Assembly (NCBI GenBank): GCA_900317385.1
Contig: ONGN01000001.1
Location: forward strand, 1 to 55,791
Source of the DNA: an uncultured Eubacteriales bacterium
Lineage (GTDB): Bacteria; Bacillota; Clostridia; Oscillospirales; Oscillospiraceae
Direction of reading: 5' to 3'
Length of the DNA stretch: 55,791 bases
Part shown: positions 1-7,944 of the stretch, piece by piece
How positions within the stretch are numbered: position 1 is the stretch's first letter
Layout of the letters: each line of letters opens with the position of its first letter
Made by a program: the position numbers and the translations under genes
Notes under the pieces: generated by a model
What the model was told of the DNA's origin: nothing
Database searches by the model: none
Seen by the model: only the letters and a program-made list of their open reading frames with translations

Positions 1-1514
1 GGCTCGTAGACGTACACTTCCTCTTCGTCTACTTCCTCCGTCTTCGGCGTACCGTTTCTGTTGAACTCCTGGTTGCCGTATCTGATCAGTACCGTTTCAT
101 CTTCCAGGCTGATATTCGCCTGTACGTTGAAAAAGTCGTTATACGTCCTCGAGTCCGTTCCGTCTATCATATCATGAGCTTTTACGCCGCGGAACGCCGC
201 CTGCAGCTTTACCGTTGCCGTTCCGTCTACGCTGCGCGTATTCGTTATTACTACGCTGTCTGCTATCCTCTTCCACTCGAATCCCTTTGGAAGTCCTATC
301 GACAGCTTTCCCGCTTCCTCTCCGTTCCTGTCCTTCCACAGGTATGCGGGGAATACGATCTCGATGCGGCCCGGCGCTATCGACTCGCCGCCTACTATCC
401 TCATTACGATCTCAAACTTCTGATCGTCTACCGTATCCGTCGTGCACTCCAAGTCAAGGTGCACCGGGTCCACCGGCTGGTTATACCTCACCGGCACCCA
501 CTTTATCGTCAGCCCGTCTATTATGAGCTCAGGGCTCTGCCACGGCAGTCTGTCGTCCTCCGTGACGACCGTTCCCTCTCTCGCTAATATGCCGTCGTCT
601 GTTTTTACCTCTTTCGGATCCTTAGTCTTTCCATCGCGCTCTATCCCTATGGCTTCGAGCGTCTCATCGCTCAGCTCATCGGTATCGAGAAGCGGCTCGT
701 CATCCGACGCCTCTACCTCGAAGAGCTCCTCGTAGTCTATCTCCTCGCCGTCCTTCGGCTCCTCTACGGGCTCCTCTACGGGCTCCTCTACGGGCTCTTC
801 TGCCGGCTCCTCAGCCGCCTTCTTCGTAAGCACGAACAGAGAGACGCCTTCAGCCTCGAAACAGAGCGTGTTTCCTCTGCGCTCTACTTCTACTGCCTTA
901 AGTCCTTCTCCCTCTTCTATGTATATGACGTACTCACCCTCGCCGACGCTCTTGCCGGTGACGGTGACCTTTGTCTTCTCCGTAAAGCTTATCCCGGGCT
1001 CTCCGGTCGCGGCGTCGTACACCGCTCCCGCGATCACTATCTCCTCGCCCTCAAGCGTCTGGGCAAACGTGCTGTATCTCAGGCTCTCCTCGCTGTCCCA
1101 CAGCCTTATTGCGGGGGTGACCTCCTTCGATACTACGCTATCCTCCGTCTTCAGGCACAGCTCCGCCTCGCCCGATACTATCAGGCTCACGTCCAGCGCA
1201 TATTCCGAAGGCTCCTCTTCCTTGACCGGTCCCTCGCCTTCCTCCGGATACTCCCATTTCGGCTCCTCGTCCTCCTCGGGCTCCGGTTCAGGTTCAGGCT
1301 CAGGTTCAGTCTCCGGCGCAGGTTCCGGCTCTTCTCCCGGTTCCTCCTCGCCAGTACCTGTCTCTGTTCCCGGCGCTTCGCTTCCGATGATTTCCTCATC
1401 GTCCGCAAGCGCCACTGCGCTCACCGCTCCGCTCAGGCTCCCCAGCGCCATTATCAGCGCCAAGACCAGAGTCAATATCCTGCGGCTTAGTCCCTTCATT
1501 GCCTTCGTCTTCAT
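1..1514 (-). CDS. Secreted acidic-repeat surface protein, N-terminal part (C-terminus lies beyond the left edge)
   Basis: Absent from the ORF track because it runs off the window. The reverse strand from ATG at 1514 (AAAGGAG 8 nt upstream) reads MKTKAMKGLSRRILTLVLALIMALGSLSGAVSAVALADDEE..., a Sec signal peptide followed by (EP)n and (EEPV)n linkers and beta-rich modules. The frame stays open to position 1. The + strand ORFs 442..735 and 868..1578 are Ser-rich antisense artefacts. Confidence 0.7.
   Translation of the reverse strand, partial: MKTKAMKGLSRRILTLVLALIMALGSLSGAVSAVALADDEEIIGSEAPGTETGTGEEEPGEEPEPAPETEPEPEPEPEPEEDEEPKWEYPEEGEGPVKEEEPSEYALDVSLIVSGEAELCLKTEDSVVSKEVTPAIRLWDSEESLRYSTFAQTLEGEEIVIAGAVYDAATGEPGISFTEKTKVTVTGKSVGEGEYVIYIEEGEGLKAVEVERRGNTLCFEAEGVSLFVLTKKAAEEPAEEPVEEPVEEPVEEPKDGEEIDYEELFEVEASDDEPLLDTDELSDETLEAIGIERDGKTKDPKEVKTDDGILAREGTVVTEDDRLPWQSPELIIDGLTIKWVPVRYNQPVDPVHLDLECTTDTVDDQKFEIVMRIVGGESIAPGRIEIVFPAYLWKDRNGEEAGKLSIGLPKGFEWKRIADSVVITNTRSVDGTATVKLQAAFRGVKAHDMIDGTDSRTYNDFFNVQANISLEDETVLIRYGNQEFNRNGTPKTEEVDEEEVYVYE
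757..816. repeat. Five tandem 12-bp units, in frame, encoding AEEPAEEPVEEPVEEPVEEP on the - strand
   Basis: Read directly: ggctcctctacg x3 (757-792), then the degenerate units ggctcttctgcc and ggctcctcagcc. Confidence 0.85.
1285..1308. repeat. 6-bp tandem repeat (ggttca/ggctca x4) encoding an (EP)n linker
   Basis: Read directly. The - strand translation is TEPEPEPEPEPEED, just after the signal peptide of the surface protein. Confidence 0.8.
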
Positions 1515-1634
1515 ACCTTCTGCTCCTTTCGGGATTTTGCTTTCTTTGGTCTATTATCTCATTTGCCTGTTACTCTAAGTGTTACTTTTGCGTTTTTCAA
1601 AAAGTAATAAGCACCTACTTTAATCCAATTAAGT

Positions 1635-1663
1635 ATTATATCATTGTTTGTAGATTATTTCAA
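1635..1663 (-). promoter_or_regulatory. Consensus sigma-A promoter for the surface-protein gene
   Basis: The - strand reads TTGAAA (1658-1663), a 17-nt spacer, then TATAAT (1635-1640). The ~120-nt AT-rich leader that follows contains an 8-bp hairpin (TTACTTTT / AAAAGTAA). Confidence 0.55.
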
Positions 1664-1697
1664 TATTTCTGTCTTTTTTTTTCATTTTTTTTGTGAA

Positions 1698-1726
1698 AAG
1701 CGCAGAGGCCGCACGCCTCTGCGCTT
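1698..1726 (-). terminator. Intrinsic terminator after the cysteine desulfurase gene
   Basis: 12-bp GC-rich stem (1698-1709 / 1715-1726) with a 5-nt loop. On the - strand it is followed by TTTTCACAAAAAAAA and starts 4 nt after the stop codon. Confidence 0.7.
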
Positions 1727-1729
1727 GTG

Positions 1730-2848
1730 TCAGTTTCTTTTTGAAATGTCCTCCGCGACGTTCAGGAATGCGTCTATCTCCCTTGCGCTCGTAAACGCCG
1801 ATACGCTCAGTCTTACAGTTCCCTCCGGGAACGTGCCCAGCGTTTTATGCGCAAGCGGTGAGCAGTGCATCCCCGCCCTGAGGGCTATACCCATATCCGA
1901 AAATCTCTGTCCGGCCTCTTCCGGGCTCAGTCCTTCGATATTGAACGATATCACGCCGGACCCGTCCTCGCGCTTTGGGGCGTATACTCTTGTTCCCCTC
2001 AGCGTCGACAGTCCCGATGCCGCCCTGTAAGCGAGCTCGCGCTCGCGCCGCAGAATGTTTTCTTCGCCCTCGCGCATCACGAAGGCCATCCCTTTTTGAA
2101 GTCCGGCAATGCCCGCCGTGTTATGCGTACCTGCCTCGAGCCTGTCCGGAAGTTCATCCGGCATATCGGGAAGCGCCGAGCTCGAGCCGCTTCCGCCGAA
2201 AAGCAGCGGCTCGGCTCCGTCTTTTACGAGCAGTATACCCGTCCCCTGCGGGCCGTACAGCCCCTTGTGTCCCGGCATCGCGATGAAGTCTGCTCCGAGC
2301 CTGCGGAAGTCGAGCTTGAACGCTCCCGCTGATTGAGACGCGTCAATAATAAGCGGAACTCCTGCGTTTTGGCATTCTTCCGCTATCTCGTAAACGGGAA
2401 GTACGAAGCCCGTCACGTTGGAGACGTGATTGACGGCGCAGAGCTTCGGCTTTTTTCCAAGCTCGGCGCGGAATGCCTCAAGCGTTTTCTCTCTGTCCAT
2501 CCCCGCCTCGGCGATCAAGAGCTTTGCTCTACGCGCCGTAAGAGGGCGGAGAACGGAGTTATGCTCCCAGCCGGAAATAAGCGCCGTATCTCCTTCTTTG
2601 ATGAGCGAGTTTATCGCGATATTCAGCCCGTGGGTCGCGTTGAAGGTGAAGACGACCTTGGCGGGATCGTCCACGCTGAACAGCTTTGCCGCGGTCTCAC
2701 GGGCTGCGTATACCGTCTCGGCCGCCCGCATCGCGAAGGCGTGACCGCCTCTTCCCGGGCTTGAGGCCCGCTGCATCGTCCGAAATACGGCGCAGCCGAC
2801 CTCAGGCGGCTTTTGTAAAGTAGTCGCGGCTGAGTCGAGATATATCAC
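1730..2848 (-). CDS. Cysteine desulfurase family protein (class-V aminotransferase fold, PLP-dependent)
   Basis: 372 aa. It has N-terminal IYLDSAATT, the PLP-lysine context MPGHKGLYGPQGTG, and the active-site Cys loop RAGMHCSP. ATGA overlap with the upstream small gene. Confidence 0.9.
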   Translation of the reverse strand: MIYLDSAATTLQKPPEVGCAVFRTMQRASSPGRGGHAFAMRAAETVYAARETAAKLFSVDDPAKVVFTFNATHGLNIAINSLIKEGDTALISGWEHNSVLRPLTARRAKLLIAEAGMDREKTLEAFRAELGKKPKLCAVNHVSNVTGFVLPVYEIAEECQNAGVPLIIDASQSAGAFKLDFRRLGADFIAMPGHKGLYGPQGTGILLVKDGAEPLLFGGSGSSSALPDMPDELPDRLEAGTHNTAGIAGLQKGMAFVMREGEENILRRERELAYRAASGLSTLRGTRVYAPKREDGSGVISFNIEGLSPEEAGQRFSDMGIALRAGMHCSPLAHKTLGTFPEGTVRLSVSAFTSAREIDAFLNVAEDISKRN

Positions 2849-3099
2849 GGCCTCACCTCTTCGACCGGCAGCCCTCCCTCCAGCCTGTAGATCCTGTTTT
2901 GCGTAAGCTGCGCTCTTTCGAGCTCATCAATGACGGGCTGCGGACTTGCCTTTAATACCTTGACCGACCAGCCGCAGCCCTCCCGCCAAACGGACGGTGG
3001 CGTTCTTATGACCATCGCCCTCCAGCCCCGCGCAGAAAGCAGGCGAGATACCCGCTGAGCCGAGGTCAGAGTGCGGCATACTATTAAAATATCAAACAT
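2845..3099 (-). CDS. DUF3343-like small protein (putative S/Se carrier-like)
   Basis: 84 aa with GGGAGG upstream, translationally coupled (2845-2848 overlap) to the desulfurase. The pairing is typical for this family. Assignment is from memory of the family. Confidence 0.6.
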   Translation of the reverse strand: MFDILIVCRTLTSAQRVSRLLSARGWRAMVIRTPPSVWREGCGWSVKVLKASPQPVIDELERAQLTQNRIYRLEGGLPVEEVRP

Positions 3100-3158
3100 A
3101 ATTAAAATCCTCCCACATAGTGGTCAGACCATTCTATGCGGAAGGATCGCAATATTTC

Positions 3159-3629
3159 TTATTCGTTCAAGAGCACGACCGCGTGGGCGGATACTCCCTC
3201 TAAGCTTCCGGTAAAGCCAAGGCCCTCTTCGGTCGTCGCCTTTACGTTTACCCTGTCGGTGGAAATCCCGAGGCTCTTCGCTATATTTTCCCTCATTTGC
3301 CCGATATAAGGCGCAAGCTTCGGTCTTTGCGCGATAATCGTTATATCCGCGTTTGACACGGAAAAGCCCTTTTCCGAGACGAGCGCCACGACCCTTTCAA
3401 GCAGGAGCATACTGTCCGCGCCCTCGTACTTTGGGTCGCTGTCCGGAAAAAGCCTGCCGATATCTCCGAGGGCGGCCGCGCCTAAAATCGCGTCCATCAG
3501 AGCATGTACGGCGACGTCAGCGTCCGAGTGACCGAGAAGTCCGAGCTCATACGGAATTACCTCCCCGCAGAGGACGAGCCTTCTTTCGGCTGCAAATCTG
3601 TGGACGTCGTAACCGTGACCTATCCTCAT
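3159..3629 (-). CDS. ispF: 2-C-methyl-D-erythritol 2,4-cyclodiphosphate synthase
   Basis: 156 aa with [12 protein letters not shown] and the GHSDADV...H..DA motif set. ATGA overlap with ispD. Confidence 0.95.
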   Translation of the reverse strand: MRIGHGYDVHRFAAERRLVLCGEVIPYELGLLGHSDADVAVHALMDAILGAAALGDIGRLFPDSDPKYEGADSMLLLERVVALVSEKGFSVSNADITIIAQRPKLAPYIGQMRENIAKSLGISTDRVNVKATTEEGLGFTGSLEGVSAHAVVLLNE

Positions 3630-4351
3630 TCCCCGCGCCCCCTCAGTATCGCCTCAGCGAATAGGAGATCGACAGGCGTTGTTATCTTAATATTCTCCTC
3701 CGAGCCCTTTGCGAGGTACACGTTTCCGCCCATAGCCTCAACCGCCGAGGCGTCGTCAGTCAGCTCAAGTCCCTTTCTCTTCGCGTTCTCAAGCGCGGCT
3801 CTGATGACCTCAGAGGCAAAGCACTGCGGAGTCTGGACGGCGCGGAGCTTCGCTCTCGGCACCGTTGCGGAGACGAAGGAATCCTTCTCTTCCTTCACCG
3901 TGTCCTTTATCTCAACCGAGGGCACGGCGGCGGTGTATTTCAGCGCCTTGAGCACCGTCTCTTTTATTATCTCGCCCGTTACGAGCGGTCTTGCCCCATC
4001 CTGGATAGCTATAAGCTTCGCCTCGGAAGACGCCTCCTCAAGTCCGATTAGCACGGAATTCTGCCTCGTTTCCCCGCCTCTCAGTATCTTGGTCGCCTTT
4101 TCTATCCCGTTTTCGGCGCAGAGGTCGGCTATCCTGACTATGCTCTCCTCGCGGGTGACGACGATGATCTCGTCGATATACTCAGACTCCTGAAATGCGC
4201 GGAGAGTGTGAAGGATCACCGGGCTGCCGTTAAGATCGGCAAAGAGCTTATCCTCGCCGCCCATTCTGGCGGACGAGCCCGCCGCCGCTATTATCGCCGT
4301 GCAGTACGGCGTCATGGTTTTGCGAAGGCTTTTTTTCTTAAAAAGCGCCAT
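3626..4351 (-). CDS. ispD: 2-C-methyl-D-erythritol 4-phosphate cytidylyltransferase
   Basis: Carries the [12 protein letters not shown] cytidylyltransferase motif. The ORF opens at 4399, but the ATG at 4351 (MALFKKK) has GGAGG 7 nt upstream, so 4351 is preferred. Confidence 0.9.
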   Translation of the reverse strand: MALFKKKSLRKTMTPYCTAIIAAAGSSARMGGEDKLFADLNGSPVILHTLRAFQESEYIDEIIVVTREESIVRIADLCAENGIEKATKILRGGETRQNSVLIGLEEASSEAKLIAIQDGARPLVTGEIIKETVLKALKYTAAVPSVEIKDTVKEEKDSFVSATVPRAKLRAVQTPQCFASEVIRAALENAKRKGLELTDDASAVEAMGGNVYLAKGSEENIKITTPVDLLFAEAILRGRGE

Positions 4352-4387
4352 AATTCGACCTCCGAGCTTCATATTCCTGATAGTTGG

Positions 4388-4416
4388 ATTATAACCCAAG
4401 CTGCCGCTTTTATCAA
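4388..4416 (-). promoter_or_regulatory. Sigma-A promoter for ispD-ispF
   Basis: The - strand reads TTGATA (4411-4416, overlapping the stop of the upstream gene), a 17-nt spacer, then TATAAT (4388-4393). Confidence 0.5.
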
Positions 4417-5825
4417 TAGCTTGTCGCCGAAACGGTCACGGGGCTCCAGTATGCTGGGAGCACCGCCGTTCTTATCTCCTTATACTCGTAAGTGCGGACG
4501 TTTACGTAGTTTAGATACGTTCCGCTCACGCGCTGGGTAAGCTTTGTGAGGTTTCCGTTTTCATCGTATTCCCACTCGTTTCTTACCGTGGTACTCTCCC
4601 TCGTCTTCCCGTTTACGCGGTATTTTACCGTATACGTTCTCGGGCTTCCGTCCGCGTTGTAGCTCATCGTAAAAGCGTAGGATATCTCGCCGTACACCGT
4701 CTCCCACGCCGTGGGCCTTCCCTCGGAGTCGTATTCATAGGTCGAAGTCTCCTTCTCGCCGAAGGCTGTCTCCACGGTTTCGGATAAAAGCGTACCGTCC
4801 ATAGTCAGTATCGCCGTCTCCGTACTTCTGAGGTCTCCCTCCGCGCTTCTCGTCTTCCCCGTTCTTAAGAGAAGACCGTTATCCTCGGAGTATTTATAGC
4901 TCGTCTCGGCCCCGTCAGCGCCGGTAATGCGTGAAGCGTTGCCGGTGCTGTAGTAATAATACGTTTTCGTTCCAGAGGCGTTCGTTACGCTTCTTGAGGC
5001 GATTTTTCCGTTATCGTGATACGAAAGAGTATACGTCTCTCCATCGGAATATTCGTATTTCATCGCCTTGCCCTCTATATCATATTCTATTTCAAGAACA
5101 ACAGCTCCGTTTTCGCTCTCTTTTACGTTATTTCCGGCCTCGTCGTACTCCCACTCGGTAAAGGATCGGAGAACGCCGTCCGTCTCCCACCTCTCGCTCA
5201 CGCGAAGGTAGGTCACTCCGGTCAGCGCCTTCAGCGTTCGAAGCGAAATGATCATCGCCTGCTCCCGCGTTACCGGAGCGTTTGGAGTAAAATTTCCGTG
5301 GCCGGTTCCGCGAAGGATGCCGTTTCTCACGGTCCAGCCGAGCTCGTCTTTGACCCAGTGGTGCTTTGTATCCTCAAAGCCGAGGGGATAATTCGAGGTG
5401 TCTACGCCCAGAACGACAGCGGTTCTGTTTATTATGGCGGCAGCCTGCGCTCGTGTCAGCTCACCTTCGGGCTTAAACAATCCGCCGCCCATACCCTTTA
5501 TTATGCCCAGAGCCGCGCAGACGGACACGTTCTTATCCTCCGTATCGGAAAAAGCGGGCACGTCGTCCGGGCTTATTATAAGCTCTTCCGCGCTCTTTCC
5601 GCTCGCCTTTTCAAGGAGGCGGACTATCAGCTCCGCCATTTCGGCTCTTTTCATCGGCTCTCTGTAATCGCATTGGAGAGTTTCGGGCACAAGCCCCGCC
5701 TCAGTAGCCTCGCTGACCTCGGCCACTGCCCAGGGATGCGGCCCCTCCTCCTCGGCGGCAAAAGCGCAGGGCAGGATAGTGGCGGCAAGCAGCAGTGCGA
5801 GCAAAACGGAAACGATTTTTCTCAC
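4413..5825 (-). CDS. SLH-domain cell-wall protein with YD/Rhs-type repeats
   Basis: GTG start with AAAGGAG 8 nt upstream. Signal peptide MRKIVSVLLALLLAATILPCAFA, then three SLH-like modules (ELTRAQAAAIINR, VTREQAMIISLR). YD repeats follow: WEYDEAGNN, YEYSDGETY, YKYSEDNG, YEYDSEGRP, WEYDENGNLTKL. Confidence 0.75.
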   Translation of the reverse strand: MRKIVSVLLALLLAATILPCAFAAEEEGPHPWAVAEVSEATEAGLVPETLQCDYREPMKRAEMAELIVRLLEKASGKSAEELIISPDDVPAFSDTEDKNVSVCAALGIIKGMGGGLFKPEGELTRAQAAAIINRTAVVLGVDTSNYPLGFEDTKHHWVKDELGWTVRNGILRGTGHGNFTPNAPVTREQAMIISLRTLKALTGVTYLRVSERWETDGVLRSFTEWEYDEAGNNVKESENGAVVLEIEYDIEGKAMKYEYSDGETYTLSYHDNGKIASRSVTNASGTKTYYYYSTGNASRITGADGAETSYKYSEDNGLLLRTGKTRSAEGDLRSTETAILTMDGTLLSETVETAFGEKETSTYEYDSEGRPTAWETVYGEISYAFTMSYNADGSPRTYTVKYRVNGKTRESTTVRNEWEYDENGNLTKLTQRVSGTYLNYVNVRTYEYKEIRTAVLPAYWSPVTVSATSY

Positions 5826-5840
5826 CGTGCATTCTCCTTT

Positions 5841-5871
5841 AAAAAAGCACCGCCGAATAATCAGCGGTGCT
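5841..5871 (-). terminator. Intrinsic terminator after ispH/S1
   Basis: 8-bp stem AGCACCGC / GCGGTGCT (5846-5853 / 5864-5871) with a 10-nt loop. On the - strand it is followed by TTTTTT, which runs straight into the RBS of the SLH/YD gene. Confidence 0.7.
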
Positions 5872-5889
5872 TCGCTTTATTTGTTAAAA

Positions 5890-7944
5890 TCAGTCCTCGA
5901 CTATAGCCTCGAGCTCCTCGGCAGTGGGAGGATTCGCGGTATCGTATACCACTGCGGGCTCGTCGTTCTCAGGCTCGGAAGCCTCCTCGGGCTCGGCAGC
6001 GGGAGCTGCGGGCTCGGAGAGAGCGCGGATGGAGAGGGAGACCTTCTTGTTCTCGTTGTCGATAGCGGTTATCTTCGCGGAAACGACCTGACCCTCGGAG
6101 AGGACCTCATCGGGCTTGCCGATGCGGCGGTTCGCGATCTGGCTGATATGGATAAGTCCGTCGACGCCGGGAACGACCTCAGCGAAAGCGCCGAAGGTCA
6201 TAAGCTTAACGACCTTGACCTCTGCAACGTCGCCCACGGAGTACTTATCGGTAAATACCTTCCAGGGGTTGGCGTTGGGATCGCGGTGGCCAAGGGAGAT
6301 CTTGCGGGCTTCCTTGTCGAAGGAAATAACGTAAACGTCGAGAGGATCGCCGACCTTGACGACCTCGCTGGGCTGATGGATGCGGTTCCAGCTGAGCTCG
6401 GAAACGTGGACCATCCCGTCTACTCCGCCGATATCGACAAATGCGCCGTAAGAGGTGAGGCTCTTAACAACGCCGTCATAGTGCTTGCCGACCTCGATAT
6501 TGTCCCAGACCTCCTGGGCCTTGGCGCGGCGCTCCTCGAACTGTACGGCGCGGATGGAGCCGACAACGCGGCGGCGGGGCTGGTTGACCTCGGTGATGCG
6601 GAGCTTGACCTTTTTCTTAAGAAGCTCGGTCATGGGAGCGTCCTTGGGAAGGCCGGAAAGGCTCGCGGGTACGAAAACGCGAACGCCCTTGACGAGGACG
6701 ACTACGCCGCCCTTGTTCTCCTCAATAACGGTGCCCTCAACGGTGGTGCGCTCATTGCGCGCCTCGGAAATGGTCTCCCACGCCTTGTTGGCGTCGAGGC
6801 GCTTCTTGGAGAGAGCCACGGTGCCCTCAACGTCGTTCACGCGGGTAACGAAGGCTTCGATCTCGTCGCCCACTTTGAAATGCTCGTTTACGTTGAAGTT
6901 GGGTTCGTCGCTAAGCTCGGTGATGGGTATATAACCGGATTGCTTTGTGCCGAGATCCACAGACACTTCAGTCTGGGTGATCGAGGCGATAATGCCCGAA
7001 ACCTTCTCTCCCGTATGTAAAGTTTTGATGGAACGCTCAAGCATTTCCTCGAATGAAGCTTCCGCTTCGGTGTTTTCCACGGACTCCGTGGATTTGATCT
7101 CGTCACTCATTTTCCTGATTACCTCCTTAATTATCCACTCCGGTGTGCTGGCTCCCGCAGTTACGCCCACGGTGTCAAAATCCTTGAGCTCGCCGATAGA
7201 CAACTCGTCCGCATTCTCGATGAAAAAAACTCTTCGGGAAAGCTTGGAGGCGATGTCGGCAAGATGACGGCTGTTGGCACTCTGCCTGCCGCCGATCACT
7301 ACGAAGGCTTCGCATTTTGACGCAAGCTGACTGACTTCGCCCTGGCGCCGCGAAGTGGCATTGCATATTGTATCAAATATTTTGCAATTTGTACACAGTT
7401 TTTTTATAATTTTTACAATATTATCGAAGATTTCTCGTTCGGCAGTGGTCTGTGAGAGGACGGAAACGGGGTCTTCCGGCAAAATGACGCCCTCGGCTAT
7501 CGCTTTTTCGGTCTCAGGCACTCCGCCGAGCACGAGCATTTCCCGCCCGTCGGTTATCGCCTTGACCTCCGGGTGCTCCCCGTCGCCCACTATAACGACC
7601 TTTCTCCCCGCGGAAAGCTCCGCCTTCGCAAGGTCGTGGACTCTTTTTACCATCGGGCAGGTTGCGTCGATTATCTCGGCTCCGGCGTTTTTAAGCTCGG
7701 TATAGACCCGCTCGGGAGCGCCGTGGCTTCTGATTATCACGACGTCGCCGGCTCCCGCCTCCGACACGTCGGATATCGGCGATACTCCGAGGGAAGCGAG
7801 CCTGTCCGTTACGGCGTTGTTATGGATGAGCTGGCCGAGGGTAACGACCCTCCTCCCGCTTCCCGCGTTTTTTTCGGCTATACTGACGGCGCGCTGCACT
7901 CCGAAGCAGAAGCCCGCCGATTCGGCAAGAATAAGCTTTTTCAT
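5890..7944 (-). CDS. ispH: Bifunctional 4-hydroxy-3-methylbut-2-enyl diphosphate reductase / ribosomal protein S1-like
   Basis: 684 aa. The N-terminal ~280 aa is IspH/LytB, with Cys ligand contexts GFCFGV, DATCPMV and DTICNAT. The C-terminal ~400 aa holds four S1 repeats (e.g. GAFVDIGGVDGMVHVSELS). ATGA overlap with cmk. Confidence 0.92.
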   Translation of the reverse strand: MKKLILAESAGFCFGVQRAVSIAEKNAGSGRRVVTLGQLIHNNAVTDRLASLGVSPISDVSEAGAGDVVIIRSHGAPERVYTELKNAGAEIIDATCPMVKRVHDLAKAELSAGRKVVIVGDGEHPEVKAITDGREMLVLGGVPETEKAIAEGVILPEDPVSVLSQTTAEREIFDNIVKIIKKLCTNCKIFDTICNATSRRQGEVSQLASKCEAFVVIGGRQSANSRHLADIASKLSRRVFFIENADELSIGELKDFDTVGVTAGASTPEWIIKEVIRKMSDEIKSTESVENTEAEASFEEMLERSIKTLHTGEKVSGIIASITQTEVSVDLGTKQSGYIPITELSDEPNFNVNEHFKVGDEIEAFVTRVNDVEGTVALSKKRLDANKAWETISEARNERTTVEGTVIEENKGGVVVLVKGVRVFVPASLSGLPKDAPMTELLKKKVKLRITEVNQPRRRVVGSIRAVQFEERRAKAQEVWDNIEVGKHYDGVVKSLTSYGAFVDIGGVDGMVHVSELSWNRIHQPSEVVKVGDPLDVYVISFDKEARKISLGHRDPNANPWKVFTDKYSVGDVAEVKVVKLMTFGAFAEVVPGVDGLIHISQIANRRIGKPDEVLSEGQVVSAKITAIDNENKKVSLSIRALSEPAAPAAEPEEASEPENDEPAVVYDTANPPTAEELEAIVED

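Noticed and set aside
757-1308. Tandem repeats as a possible CRISPR or minisatellite
   Set aside because: The units are 6 and 12 bp, contiguous with no spacers, and in frame within a CDS. No cas genes are present.
442-1578. + strand ORFs 442..735 and 868..1578 (Ser/Pro-rich, 97 and 236 aa)
   Set aside because: They are low-complexity mirror translations of the acidic-repeat surface protein encoded on the - strand. That protein has a proper SD, ATG and signal peptide. These ORFs have no RBS and no recognisable domains.
1515-1634. Possible c-di-GMP riboswitch in the leader of the surface-protein gene
   Set aside because: Only loose resemblance (GGCAAA ... ACCAAAG ... GCAAAAUCC). The conserved ACGCAAAGC-type core and the paired P1/P2 architecture are not evident.
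5779-7020. 413-aa + strand ORF opposite ispH/S1
   Set aside because: It is a G/L/A/D-rich antisense ORF of the kind generated by GC-rich codon usage. The - strand frame has unmistakable IspH and S1 motifs.
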